A stretch of DNA of 64,000 bases, from sequence record OL741057.1; one strand, given 5' to 3'. This DNA comes from Staphylococcus phage vB_Sau_P68. A program made the position numbers and the translations under genes. This document shows, one piece after another, positions 40,867-52,200 of this stretch (within the stretch, counting starts at the first letter, position 1; every line of letters begins with the position of its first letter). The notes beneath the pieces were generated by a model, which searched no databases, was not told the origin of the DNA, and saw only the letters and a list, made by a program, of their open reading frames with translations.

Positions 40867-41571
40867 CTATTCAAATAAAGCAAAAATGCCTTCTTCATCT
40901 TGCCCTAAAACAAATTCTATAGACTCCTCAACAGATTTTATTTCTACTGAGAATTGACCTGAATAAATGTTTCCTTGTATCTTCCAATCAATTAAGTTAG
41001 CAGATTTTACTCTATTATCTGATGTTAAGGTTCTTAAGACTTCCATCTCAATTAATGTTGCTTGCTCCGGTATGTTAAGACCAAATAAATTATGCAAGTC
41101 AGAACCATAATTAGGGTGTAACATTAAAGAACCTCTAGGAGTTAATAATCTTGCTTGTAACTGCTGTTTCATATTGTCTATACCTTTTACAGTATCTAAA
41201 TCTCCGTTACCATCAGTATTAAATGCTAATATGTTATCACTAGTACCGTGTTCATTAAAATACTTTTCATCAGATGTAATATTCAAGTCTCTCCCTAAGG
41301 CTAGTTCAACTAATACGTCTTTATCTCTAGAATTAATTTCCTTTGCTGTTACATCTGTTAAATCAGATTCTATAGGTATAATAAGTGTATCACCTGTAGA
41401 AGCTAACCTTTCAGGGTCTTTCATTTTCTCTTCATTAGTTTCTACTAGATATGGATACTTTAAGTTGTTATGTTCTACTAAATCTATCCAGTAACTTACA
41501 TCCCCATAATATCTTTGTGCTATTGCTTGCATAGTCTCTTCATGCTGAACTACATGTTTCTTAAATCTCAT
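40867..41571 (-). CDS. LysM-domain tail/baseplate protein (P2 gpX-like, 234 aa)
   Basis: N-terminal LysM-like motif HVVQHEETMQAIAQRYYGDVSYWIDLVEHNNL...GDTLIIP. Confidence 0.55.
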   Translation of the reverse strand: MRFKKHVVQHEETMQAIAQRYYGDVSYWIDLVEHNNLKYPYLVETNEEKMKDPERLASTGDTLIIPIESDLTDVTAKEINSRDKDVLVELALGRDLNITSDEKYFNEHGTSDNILAFNTDGNGDLDTVKGIDNMKQQLQARLLTPRGSLMLHPNYGSDLHNLFGLNIPEQATLIEMEVLRTLTSDNRVKSANLIDWKIQGNIYSGQFSVEIKSVEESIEFVLGQDEEGIFALFE

Positions 41572-42095
41572 TATACATTAGCCTCCTTTTTAATTAGAGG
41601 TAGTTGTAATTCTATTGCACTAAAACATAAGTCTAAATCTCTTAAATCTAGAACAACACTATTGTAGTCATCATAGTTACCTAAATAATCTGCTACATAA
41701 TTCAAGTTTTCTCGTGTTATTTTAACATCATCTTCAGTTAAATATTTCAAAGAACTTGGGTTTTCTACAAAGCAATTAACAATAGCATATGCTTCCAATA
41801 CAATAGATTGTAAAATCATATACATTCTAGGTGCTTGGACTTTTAACAATGTATCATTTGCTTTATGGATAATAGTGTTATTATTAAATTCCCTTTCTAA
41901 TACAGGTATATCATCTGTCTTTATACTTGTCAATACTGTTTTTGCTAATTCACTTAATTGTAGCTGTGGAGTATAAAATCTAGATACAAATGATACCTCT
42001 TCATCAAGTAAATTCATCTGAGAAGAAGTTAAATCTGTATCTAAAGCATTTAAAAATCTAAGTAAACCTTGCGGTTGTGCTATAAAATTATTCAT
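41571..42095 (-). CDS. tail/baseplate structural protein (174 aa)
   Basis: ORF track. Start and stop overlap its neighbours. Confidence 0.4.
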   Translation of the reverse strand: MNNFIAQPQGLLRFLNALDTDLTSSQMNLLDEEVSFVSRFYTPQLQLSELAKTVLTSIKTDDIPVLEREFNNNTIIHKANDTLLKVQAPRMYMILQSIVLEAYAIVNCFVENPSSLKYLTEDDVKITRENLNYVADYLGNYDDYNSVVLDLRDLDLCFSAIELQLPLIKKEANV

Positions 42096-42886
42096 TAACT
42101 AGATACACCTCCATCACCATAGCCTATTATTAGAGCCATGTTATCAATGTTCCCCTTTAATCCATTAGTAGATTGTCTAGGATTATATATAGAACTACTA
42201 GGAAAGCTTTGTTTTAGTCTATTACCTTCATTTGTGTTGTCTCCGGTAGAATTAGGTATTGTATTTTCTCTTCTAGATATTTCTTGATTGTTTCTGTCTC
42301 TAGTCTTACGAGCATTTTTATCCAGTTCTTTCATACCTTCGTCAACTCTCTGTGAAGCGTTAGGATTAATATTACCAAACTCTTCTGTTGTTACAGCACT
42401 TCTATCCGACTCCGTTAAAGAACCAATAACTACTAAGGTTATCTCATATCTAAAGAGTAAAGGCTCATCCTTAGACCTAGTTATTTTTAATCCTTGAGGT
42501 GCTAAATGTACTTTATAGTAACTATCATCTGTAAAGTTAAAAAATTGTAAGTAAGAACCGCTTACGTTACCACTTCCACCTTGCATTGCATACTCTTTAA
42601 CTCTGCTTTGTAGTTCTTCCATTTTCTGTTTACCTGTTTTCAAACCACTTGATTCCCTGACAGGTCTAAATCCAGTAGTACCTGAGAAGTTAATAACTTC
42701 TATGTCTTTACCGTAATCTTCTATCACAATATCCGATTTTGTTTTAATTGCTGTTGTACGTTGAGGTGCGTCTATAGTATAGTTTTCCGGGTTTACTTTA
42801 AATCTGTACATATCATAACCACCGCCCTCTTTAGGGAAACGTAAGGCTATTCTATGAAGGCTACTTATTCCGTCTGATTGTGGCAT
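42095..42886 (-). CDS. tail/baseplate structural protein (263 aa)
   Basis: ORF track. Confidence 0.4.
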   Translation of the reverse strand: MPQSDGISSLHRIALRFPKEGGGYDMYRFKVNPENYTIDAPQRTTAIKTKSDIVIEDYGKDIEVINFSGTTGFRPVRESSGLKTGKQKMEELQSRVKEYAMQGGSGNVSGSYLQFFNFTDDSYYKVHLAPQGLKITRSKDEPLLFRYEITLVVIGSLTESDRSAVTTEEFGNINPNASQRVDEGMKELDKNARKTRDRNNQEISRRENTIPNSTGDNTNEGNRLKQSFPSSSIYNPRQSTNGLKGNIDNMALIIGYGDGGVSS

Positions 42887-42959
42887 TTTATCCTCTCCTT
42901 TTCAGTATGTATATAAATCTCATACTACTAATATATCACGAACTAGTTTAAATTACAAC

Positions 42960-42992
42960 TAAAAAAAGACCTAAATTAATAGGTCTTTTAAT
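42960..42992 (-). terminator. rho-independent terminator (AGACCUAUUAAUUUAGGUCU followed by U7)
   Basis: Inverted repeat agacctaaatt/aataggtct with an A-run on the plus strand, downstream of the 944-aa gene. Confidence 0.6.
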
Positions 42993-43057
42993 TTATTTTC
43001 TATATAACTTTATACTCTTCTATAGCTTGATATATTGCCTCAGCATAATCATACATA

Positions 43058-45892
43058 CTAATTATCGGTAATAGGTGCAAATACTTTCTTCCATCCTTGC
43101 CATGTACCCCCTAAGTTTAAATTCATGTAGGTTTCATAACTATTATAAGGAGAGAAAAATAGTTTAGAATTAGAACCGTACCTTCTTGAATCTATATAAC
43201 CATGCCTAGTACTTGTAGGTGTATTTGTAGCATTTGTTACATAACCTGTCATCTTATATTTAATAGTACTTAAATCTAGTTCATCGTATTTGTTGTCAGA
43301 GTCTTGTGAAGTTATATTAAAACTATCTGTAGAGGCTGTATAATTTATTATATATAATTCATTAGTAGCATTACCTCTATATAATAAATGGAATGTGTAG
43401 TTATTTAGATTCTCTACTTCTACTCTTAATCCTCCAGGTATAGCTACCCCATCATAGTCTAACATAGATACCTTGGATGAATAGAATACAATATTACTTT
43501 GATAAGTTGCAACCATATATCTTACAAGGTCTTTAATATTTGTTATTTCTTCTCCTGTGTATTCATTATAAAACTTACCATCAATATTAGTTTTATAGGG
43601 GTTATAGTTAGCTGTAGGTGCTAGGAAAGGCTCTCCTGTTTTATTAAAAGTGTACTCTTTCTCTTTAGGTTTGTATTCTACAATAAGTACACCTTGTCTA
43701 TTTGCATCTGATTTAGTTCTACTTTTGTAAACAATAATACTAAATAGTCTATTATTATAAGAGAACGCACCTTCATGTTCAATCATATCGACAACTTTAC
43801 CTTGTTTAGTTAGGTAATCTCGTAACTCATAAGGATGGTACGTATAATCATTCATAATATCTCCACTAGGGCTTATCTCTTGTACCCCTTGTAAATGATA
43901 AGTATGTGGTTCAATATCTCTAGTTGGGTTCCAGTTACCTCCTAGTGTCTGTACGATGGTATTATTTATAAGTGTCATACCTTGCTTCTTAGCTGAGTGG
44001 TTTGTAACTCCCCCTAATAAATTACTTGACCATAATGTAGAATTAGAAGGGTTTATCCATAAGTACCCTGTTTTTTTACTGAAATCCTTGTTGAAAAATA
44101 CTACCGTATCTCTCTGTAAAAACACACCTTTAGTTTGGTTATTGTATTCTACTCCCCATCCACTTTCTGTTCTAAAGAAATTCATGTATGCGTTTATATT
44201 ATATTCTTCTACAGGTTGTAACGTTGATTTCTCCTCAATATTTCTAGAATTAGTTACATCAAACTTACCTATATTATTATTGCTTGTTCTAGCATAGAGG
44301 TAAGTTTTAGTTCCTTCTGTTTCTACATGAAGACCTTCTCCTCCGGTTGTTCCTGCGTAAAACATATTAACATACTTATAAAACTCATCATAGATAACAA
44401 TTAGTCTTTTAGTACCACTCTCAGGAGCTGAATGTATAATATAGGTTTGACCGTTATTAATGGCAATACCTTGTGGGAAATAATACGTCACATTATCATT
44501 TGCTACTATACTATCATAGTCTTGGAATTTAAAGGGTAAATCTGCATGTATTTTTATGTCCCTAAACGTTGTATGTCTATACTTTTGTTCGGTATTTCTT
44601 ATTGCAGGTAAATCAGTGTTAACAATTGTTTCAACCGAGCCCTGCTCCCCTGCTAGGTATTCATTTACCTCATCATAAAAATCTTTGAATGTTCTATCTC
44701 TAAAATCTTGGAATTGTGTTATAATACCTTCTGTTCTAGAACTTACAGCACTTATATTTGTTCCTAAGGTTTGAACATCTTTAGTAGCTTGGTTAGATGC
44801 TTCTATAGACTCTTTAGTAGAGGCAATAAGTTCCTCTAGATTATCCTTCCCTACTCCTTCTAAGAGATAATTTATATCTTCCAGTTCTTTTTGTATCTCT
44901 TCTAAGTTTTTCATAGATTCTTCAATACTATCTCCTAAGTTTTCTAACATAGGCTTTTCATCTATATAAATACCATCATCTGTAAATTCAAATTTATGTT
45001 TATCATTTTTAATATAAAATTTATTATCTTCACTAATTCCATACTCAACCCAAACTTGAGCTTCATCTAACATTAAGTCATCGTCTTGTTTAATTACTCT
45101 ATAAGACCCATCACTCGACATTTCTTGTGTTGTTCTTTGTTGTGTTTCTGTATTTAATACTGATGTTCTAATATCCCCTCGTTCAGAAAGGAATAGAGTA
45201 GTTATATGGTTATCAGGTGTACCATCATCATAAAAAACGCCTTGATGTTTAAATAACATATTAGGTGCTTTTTGTATTCTAGGCTCAATCAATGTTTTAT
45301 TACCATAATATGAAGTAAATAAATCTTGATATTCTGTACCAGTATAGAAGTCTGAAGCTTGTGGTTTCTCCTCTTCACCTGATGTCATAGAGAAGAATGA
45401 CTTACCATTAAAAGTTTTAATACTTGTTCCTTCACCATCATCATACTTATAATTTAAAGATGGAAGTATCTCATATAGTGCACTACTATATTTATAAACA
45501 CTATCCGTATCAAATTTACCTCCGTCTAGGGGGTTAGTATTAATCATTTTATTTTGTTCATTATCACCGTACACACTTAGAATAATAGGACTGTTTATAT
45601 CATCATTTAGAAATCCAATTAATACTACAGAACCTTCAGTAATTAAAGGTTTTGTTCCGAATACACTGCCTTCAGGTGTTCTACCAATAAAGGATTTAGG
45701 ATAAGGTACAGCTAAGCTACCATCATCTCCTATATGTCTACCTAGTGTTAAGTTATTAACTTTTACTTCAACTGATTGGTATTGATAATTTATTTTACTT
45801 ACTGTAGCTAAAACTAGCCCTTTTACATTTAAGTCGTCTGAATCTACTCTTTTTAAACTTCTTCCCATGGAAGATTGGAATCTTACTACCAT
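43058..45892 (-). CDS. large tail/baseplate-associated protein (944 aa)
   Basis: Position after the tail lysin genes. Its start overlaps the stop of the 295-aa gene. No catalytic motif was recognised. Confidence 0.45.
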   Translation of the reverse strand: MVVRFQSSMGRSLKRVDSDDLNVKGLVLATVSKINYQYQSVEVKVNNLTLGRHIGDDGSLAVPYPKSFIGRTPEGSVFGTKPLITEGSVVLIGFLNDDINSPIILSVYGDNEQNKMINTNPLDGGKFDTDSVYKYSSALYEILPSLNYKYDDGEGTSIKTFNGKSFFSMTSGEEEKPQASDFYTGTEYQDLFTSYYGNKTLIEPRIQKAPNMLFKHQGVFYDDGTPDNHITTLFLSERGDIRTSVLNTETQQRTTQEMSSDGSYRVIKQDDDLMLDEAQVWVEYGISEDNKFYIKNDKHKFEFTDDGIYIDEKPMLENLGDSIEESMKNLEEIQKELEDINYLLEGVGKDNLEELIASTKESIEASNQATKDVQTLGTNISAVSSRTEGIITQFQDFRDRTFKDFYDEVNEYLAGEQGSVETIVNTDLPAIRNTEQKYRHTTFRDIKIHADLPFKFQDYDSIVANDNVTYYFPQGIAINNGQTYIIHSAPESGTKRLIVIYDEFYKYVNMFYAGTTGGEGLHVETEGTKTYLYARTSNNNIGKFDVTNSRNIEEKSTLQPVEEYNINAYMNFFRTESGWGVEYNNQTKGVFLQRDTVVFFNKDFSKKTGYLWINPSNSTLWSSNLLGGVTNHSAKKQGMTLINNTIVQTLGGNWNPTRDIEPHTYHLQGVQEISPSGDIMNDYTYHPYELRDYLTKQGKVVDMIEHEGAFSYNNRLFSIIVYKSRTKSDANRQGVLIVEYKPKEKEYTFNKTGEPFLAPTANYNPYKTNIDGKFYNEYTGEEITNIKDLVRYMVATYQSNIVFYSSKVSMLDYDGVAIPGGLRVEVENLNNYTFHLLYRGNATNELYIINYTASTDSFNITSQDSDNKYDELDLSTIKYKMTGYVTNATNTPTSTRHGYIDSRRYGSNSKLFFSPYNSYETYMNLNLGGTWQGWKKVFAPITDN

Positions 45893-46779
45893 TAAATATA
45901 CACCTCTTCATCAAATCTCATAACTCTTCCGTTAAACTCATTCCAATAATCATCGAGCTTATATCTACCTATAGGTGTTTCATCTTTAGGAAATTTACCT
46001 ATCATAGATATAAATTCTCCGTCACCTACATATATTCCTATGTTAGTGTCACTTCTACCAAAGAACAGTATATCTCCTGCTATAAACTTATTAATATCTA
46101 CTTTATACTTATGCCCTTTACCAAATACAGTGTAAAATCTTCCTTCTGTAAAGAAATAGTTAATGTTCATAGGGTAAGCTAACTCTTCATCTTCACTTAA
46201 GTATAACCAATACAGTAAGTTATAAGTATCAATGTAAACATCTTTATCTGTACCAAAAGGATTCTCTTTAGGGGCTCCTTTAAACATATATTTTATATTA
46301 GTTAGGGAATCTATAGCATCATTTAACTCCAACGCTAATATAGTACTTAAAGGTACATCTTCATTAAACAGGTATTCCTCTTCCATATACTCACCGTATA
46401 AAACATCTTGTATCTCATCAAAGTAATCTATTAGAATTTCTTGGTTTCTTTCTACTAAATGGACTGTTACTGTTGATAAGGAGTCTGTTGGTATAGACCC
46501 TCTATCAACTAAATAACTTACCTTACGAAAACTTAATTCTGCTTCTATATCTGTACCGTTATTTAAAAAGGACTCATATTGAATCTGTTGAGGGTTTAAA
46601 CTCTGTATAACTCCTACATAAGGTCTAATGTAAACAACCTTCTCGTACATATCTTCTGTAGTTATCTTTTTAATCTCGGCATCTTTCTCTTTAACTCTTT
46701 CTGTAGTTAAAACATCAAAATTAAACACGTTATCTATGAATTTATCAATAATATCTTTAGCTTCCTTATCTGTTGCCAT
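45892..46779 (-). CDS. NlpC/P60-like tail-associated peptidase (295 aa)
   Basis: C-terminal NlpC/P60-like segment (DILFFGRSDTNIGIYVGDGEFISMIG). Confidence 0.45.
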   Translation of the reverse strand: MATDKEAKDIIDKFIDNVFNFDVLTTERVKEKDAEIKKITTEDMYEKVVYIRPYVGVIQSLNPQQIQYESFLNNGTDIEAELSFRKVSYLVDRGSIPTDSLSTVTVHLVERNQEILIDYFDEIQDVLYGEYMEEEYLFNEDVPLSTILALELNDAIDSLTNIKYMFKGAPKENPFGTDKDVYIDTYNLLYWLYLSEDEELAYPMNINYFFTEGRFYTVFGKGHKYKVDINKFIAGDILFFGRSDTNIGIYVGDGEFISMIGKFPKDETPIGRYKLDDYWNEFNGRVMRFDEEVYI

Positions 46780-46792
46780 AGATTATCCTCCT

Positions 46793-49222
46793 TTATTTTT
46801 TATCATAAATGAATTGAGCTTCTTTACCTATCTGTGAACTCATATCTATTGTTCTAGTTCCATAACCATTAGCTGTAGCCCAATTATGCTCAGATATGAA
46901 TATTTTCTTACCTCCGTCTAAAACTTTCTCAACGAAGGCAACGTGACCATAAGCATTAGAGCCTCCTTTATCTCCTCGTTGCCAAATAACACAGGCACCT
47001 TGTTTAGGTGTCCTACCTACTCCATAACCTGCTCCTTTAGCCCCACCAATCCAGTCGGCGGCATCCCCCCATAGCGGTACCGGTATACCTAATTGACCTC
47101 TTCTATTATAAGCATACCAAGTACATTGATATTTATAATGTCTATTACCAGGTTGAACAAAGTTAGGGTCATGTTTAGGTAACTTACCATTATATTTTTT
47201 AAGTGAATCTAGTGAACCTCCATCTTGGGCTCCTCCACTATCAGAACCTCCTGTATCTCCACTAGTTTTTTTCTCTGATACTCCTTTTTCTTTAAGCTCT
47301 TTGGATGTATCTTCACCCATAAGCCCACCCATAAAGTCAGATGATTGGTTCCATAAACCTGCAAATCTGTGAGGACTACCTTTACCATCTTCTAAGATAG
47401 CATCTTTTAAACCTCTAGTTACTCCTACAGTTGTATAGTAACCTTGTTTGTAATCAAACTTATGTTCAACAGATTCTATATAGAATTCCCAAGTATCTCC
47501 TCGTTGCTTATCTTCAATAAATAGTCTTTTTCCTAAATCATATTTAGGGTCACCTAGAACAATAATGTCTCCTGCGTAGAAGTTAGGGTTACCATGATAC
47601 CAATTAAATAACATCCTAGAAAACATTGCTAGAGGGTCATCACTTGCATCTGAACCTGTGTCTGTAGCTATATTACTAACACCTTCAATAGCTTTTAGGT
47701 ATTTATCAAAAGCGACATCATTAGGTGGCTCTCCTTTATACTCAATATAGGAATCTAATAATACTTCTGCGTGTTTTTTATTACCAAATCTATATTTAGT
47801 AATTAGTTCTTTTTTTGCCTCTGCTTTAGCTTTTTTTCTTTTTTTAGCATTGTTGAAGTGTTCTTGTGTTTTAAACTTCTCTTTTAGTATACTCTTTAAT
47901 TTGTCTTTTGTCAACTTCGGTCTGTTATCTGATGTTAATTCATCATCTACTTTATTACCTGTTATCTTCTCGTATTCTTTTTCTGTTACTTTTCCTTCTT
48001 TGACGAACTTCTCTATAATTTTTTTAGCTTGAGCTTTTTTTAAGTTTTTATACTTTGAAGATAACTTACTTGTATATTTATCTATACCTTTTGAAATATT
48101 GTCTCTTCCATAGTTACTTAAATCTTTCATAATTTTAGAATAAGTTCCTCGTTCAGTACCATTATCATCTCCTGCAGAATCAGAATCTTCAGTAGCTGAA
48201 CCTGTTTTAGTACTTAGATAAAGGTTCTCTACTTCAAATTTAGTATACCCATATCTATCAGTCAATTCAGGATGAAATTGTGGTTTAGAAAATACATCAC
48301 CATTAAGTTCTTTTAACATACCTGCAGGTGTAGCTGTAAATATAGAATATGTCTCTACATCACTTTTACCTACATCCTCCTCAATGAAGTCTTCGGTAGG
48401 TACTTTAATCATATCCAAAGCTCTCCACTCAGTAGGATTAAAAGGTGTTTTTCTTAATACAAGTTGTGCTTTACCTGGTGTTTTTTCAGAGTTTTTGAAG
48501 AACAATTCATTAAAAGGTCTAGCTGTAACCATATCCATTAACTGTTTTAACGAACCATCAAAATTAGTAAAAGCGGATATTTCAGTTAGATTTTCAAACT
48601 CATCCCAACTACTTAAATCATCATAATCAAGATAGCTATCTATTGTATTATATGTTTTTTCAGTATAATTATATTTCATATATGGTATGAATCTACGTAT
48701 AATTCCTGTCATTACTTCATGAGCTGAGCTACCGGTAAATTTTACTTCATTATCTCCATCACCATCAATAAGCCAACCTACTTCAGGAAGTACAGCTTGA
48801 ACCTCTTGAATAACACCTAATCCAAATTTCATAAAAGGTTTTACAAAAGATTGACCTGTTATTCTAAACTGAGTTTGGTCATTACCATAACTACCTACTT
48901 TTGATACTTGGGAAACCATACCTACTTGGATGAGTCGTTCTTGTCTTCCTTCTTTATCATTAGGGTCATCATTAGGAGTAATAAATATTCTTATAATATC
49001 ATTAGCCATAACTAGCTTATCCCAATAAGTATCTCCTGCCATATTTATTTGGAAAACTGAACTATCATCTTCCATAGAGTTTTTAGTTTGAAATCCTAAT
49101 AGTTTAGCTCCAAACTCATCACCGTTATAATCCCGTGTATCTTCGAATCTTAATGTAAATGTATTATCATCTGTAACAATTTCTATTCTTACCTTAGGTC
49201 TTCTTATTCTACGCATATACAC
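46793..49222 (-). CDS. tail-associated muralytic enzyme (tail lysin) with C-terminal CHAP domain (809 aa)
   Basis: CHAP signature QCTWYAYNRRGQLG ... AYGHVAFVEKV ... SEHNW. Confidence 0.7.
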   Translation of the reverse strand: MYMRRIRRPKVRIEIVTDDNTFTLRFEDTRDYNGDEFGAKLLGFQTKNSMEDDSSVFQINMAGDTYWDKLVMANDIIRIFITPNDDPNDKEGRQERLIQVGMVSQVSKVGSYGNDQTQFRITGQSFVKPFMKFGLGVIQEVQAVLPEVGWLIDGDGDNEVKFTGSSAHEVMTGIIRRFIPYMKYNYTEKTYNTIDSYLDYDDLSSWDEFENLTEISAFTNFDGSLKQLMDMVTARPFNELFFKNSEKTPGKAQLVLRKTPFNPTEWRALDMIKVPTEDFIEEDVGKSDVETYSIFTATPAGMLKELNGDVFSKPQFHPELTDRYGYTKFEVENLYLSTKTGSATEDSDSAGDDNGTERGTYSKIMKDLSNYGRDNISKGIDKYTSKLSSKYKNLKKAQAKKIIEKFVKEGKVTEKEYEKITGNKVDDELTSDNRPKLTKDKLKSILKEKFKTQEHFNNAKKRKKAKAEAKKELITKYRFGNKKHAEVLLDSYIEYKGEPPNDVAFDKYLKAIEGVSNIATDTGSDASDDPLAMFSRMLFNWYHGNPNFYAGDIIVLGDPKYDLGKRLFIEDKQRGDTWEFYIESVEHKFDYKQGYYTTVGVTRGLKDAILEDGKGSPHRFAGLWNQSSDFMGGLMGEDTSKELKEKGVSEKKTSGDTGGSDSGGAQDGGSLDSLKKYNGKLPKHDPNFVQPGNRHYKYQCTWYAYNRRGQLGIPVPLWGDAADWIGGAKGAGYGVGRTPKQGACVIWQRGDKGGSNAYGHVAFVEKVLDGGKKIFISEHNWATANGYGTRTIDMSSQIGKEAQFIYDKK

Positions 49223-49252
49223 ATACTTCCTTTTATTTTTTTTATATGTATA

Positions 49253-49286
49253 AGAGTAGTATACTATGATACTACTCTTGTGTCAA
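49253..49286 (-). promoter_or_regulatory. TTGACA-17-TATACT promoter overlapped by a 10-bp inverted repeat (AGAGTAGTAT-N6-ATACTACTCT)
   Basis: tgtcaa at 49281-49286, agtata at 49258-49263, palindrome at 49253-49278. Confidence 0.5.
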
Positions 49287-49296
49287 GACAAAATTA

Positions 49297-52200
49297 CTAA
49301 TAACTTCTCTTATGTTCATTTGCAAAGATATCCATGTTGTTATCTAGTACTTCTCTAATTCTTCCACCTATAATGTCTCCAGTCTCTTCAGGATTATTTC
49401 CACCTTGAACGTTAACATTAACTGTTACTCTATTAGTTGTAGAAGCATTAGAAGCGTCATTAGAACCTCTATAATTAGAGCCGGAAGATGTTAATATAGG
49501 TTTACTCATAGCTTCTTGGTAGGTAGAGGATAATGCTTCTCCGCCTCCGCCTCCTCCGCCGGAACCACCTTTAACTCTTCCTCCTGTTGGACTCCAACCA
49601 CCATTAGGATTATAGTCTTGTTTCCAATTCTTGTTATTAAAGAATGCTAATAATTGGTCATACCCTGACGTGATATTACCATGACCTTTTACTTTATAAT
49701 TATCAAAAGTAGAAGGTACATATTGTAATAAACCTTTAGCAGGGGTACCATTTATATTATTAATATCTCCAATATTTCCTTGGGTAATTCCAGGGTCTCC
49801 GCCGGATTCATTGTGAATTAATGAAGCTATACCATCTACGTCTTTATCAGTGATATTAACACCCATAGCCTTGGCAGCCTTACGGATATCGTCTTTCCAT
49901 TTATCAGCAGGTTTTTTCTCATCTGAGTTACTACTTCCGAGGTCTCCCCCCTCTTCAGTGTTACCATCTAGACTAATACCTTTAGCACTCTCAATAATTT
50001 TCTGAGCTCTATCAAGTAAGTCACTATAGATTTTAAGGTTCTTAGTTTCAGATTGGTTATTCTTTTCTCTAAGTTGTTCTGCTGTCATTTTTTCTTTCTT
50101 CTTAGTATCTCCTTTAACACCTTTAACGCCTTTTTTCTTATCCTTGCTATCTTCTTCAGATGCTTCAGCGTCATTATCAAAGAGACCTGTTATACCGCTC
50201 CATGCTTTAGATATAGGTTTTCCTATTAGAGAATCTTGGAATTTATTCTTACCGTCCTTATCTCCATTAGACCATCCTAGGTTCCATCCTTCTTTAGTGT
50301 TAGCTTTTTTAGCCATGTCTCCGACTTTTTCACCAACAGCTCCTCCTCCGAAAGAACCTATAGCTCCACCTATTAAAGCTCCAGGTATTGCACCTACACC
50401 ACCAAATAAAGCTCCTATAGAAGCCCCTGCTGATGCACCTGCCATTCCTCCACCCATAGAGCCTACGCCTTTACCAATAGCTTTATCGTCTCCGGAAGCT
50501 AAAGCAGGTATTAATGATAATGCAGATGTAGCTACACCTAAAACTCCGGCTCCTTTTCCAAGACCGCCTGCAAGTTTTCCAAGTTTTCCTATCCCGCTAC
50601 CGCCTGCATTAGGTGATTGTGACAGAATACCGTTTTTACTTCCATCACCAAACTTATCAGCAAATTTACCATAGGCACCTTTACCTTTGTTTAATAAGCT
50701 ACCTGTACCATCTTTTATTTTTCCACCTAAACCTTTGAAGTTCTTAGGATTAAGAATACTTCCACTGAATTCTGATTTACCAGTGTCAAATAAGCCTTTA
50801 CCTGTTTTTTTACCTAGGTCTTTAGTTCTTCCTAAGTATTCTCCCATAGTAAAATCTCTGTTTTTAGGGTTAAGATGGTCAAATAATCCCTTACCAGTTT
50901 TCTTAGTACTATCCCAAGCACCTTTAAACTGCTCTTTTCCGGAACGAGAACCACCTTTTTTATTTTTACCACCTAAAAGTTTATCTCCGAATAGCATACC
51001 TCCTGCAAGGGCTTCTCCTCCAAAGCTCTTAGCTTTTTCAAACATACTACCTACTCTAGAACCTCCTGAAGTTCCTCCGCCATTAGGTGTTTTAGGATTA
51101 TTATTAGCGTATTTTTGTCTACCTGGACTTGTTCCTGGAGGTGGTGTTCCTCCTCCTGATGTACCACCATTTCTTTTCTTATCTACCCATTGTTTACCTT
51201 TACCTACTACACGACCCAAACCAAATTGTCCTGCAGATGCAAGTAAAGAAGCCGTGAATACCCCTACAGCAGTGGCTCCGGCATATACAATTGCCGGTAG
51301 ACCTGCAAAGGCACTATGAACATCTCTTACAGGTTGAGCTAAATCATAAATATCTTCTGCTTTATCATCAGTCTTAGCTTTGTTTTGGTCATTTTTACCT
51401 GCATCAGAACCTTCATAATCAGTTCTATTGTCTTCTCCTTCTTTTTTACCTTCTTTTTCCATTTTTTTAGCTTTTTTAGCTAATTCTTCTGCAGATAAAT
51501 CCCCTTTTTTATATTCATTAAATAAGTCATCTGTTTGGGATTGTGTTAAGTTAGCACCTAGACTATCAAAAGATTTTTTAGCAATAGCTTGTTGTTCTTT
51601 AGTGGTACCTCCCATTTGTTCAGCTTGACCTAGTATATCTGTTAAATTTTCAGGGTCTGATATACCTTTATCCATTCTAGCTTGTAAATCATGCATACCT
51701 TCTAGTCCTTGGTACTCAGTACCCCATCCCATAGATATACGAGCATAAGGATTATTCATACCATTTTTAATCCCTTGGTCTATACTCATCATTGCATTAG
51801 CACCCTGTTCACCCTGTAAACCTTTATTTCCAGTTCCTGCTAGGGTTGCTTGCATAGCTGATAAATTACTCATATCAGTACTAGACATTGTTCTACCTTG
51901 TCCTGATTGCTCAGCTATAGAACCTAATGCTTTAAGTTGCTCATCTTGACGACCAACCATACCTGATTGTTTAATACCGCCTAGGAATGCATCTTGCATT
52001 TCCTTCATATTACCACTAGATACTCCACCAGTGTGCATTAATTGATTCATAGATTCTTGGTACATTTCCTGGTCTTGTATTCCTAATGAACGTCCCCCGA
52101 TAGCAAGTTGTTTAGCTCCTGCCATTGTATCCTCATCACTTTTATGTCCTATTGATGATTCATATGAAGTAGCCATTTTCAACATGTCATTACTATTATA

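Noticed and set aside
50144-51319. Plus-strand ORFs of 176 aa and 210 aa (Pro-rich) inside the TMP gene
   Set aside because: They are the antisense of the Gly/Ala-rich TMP repeat region. They have no RBS and low-complexity composition, and all real genes are on the other strand.
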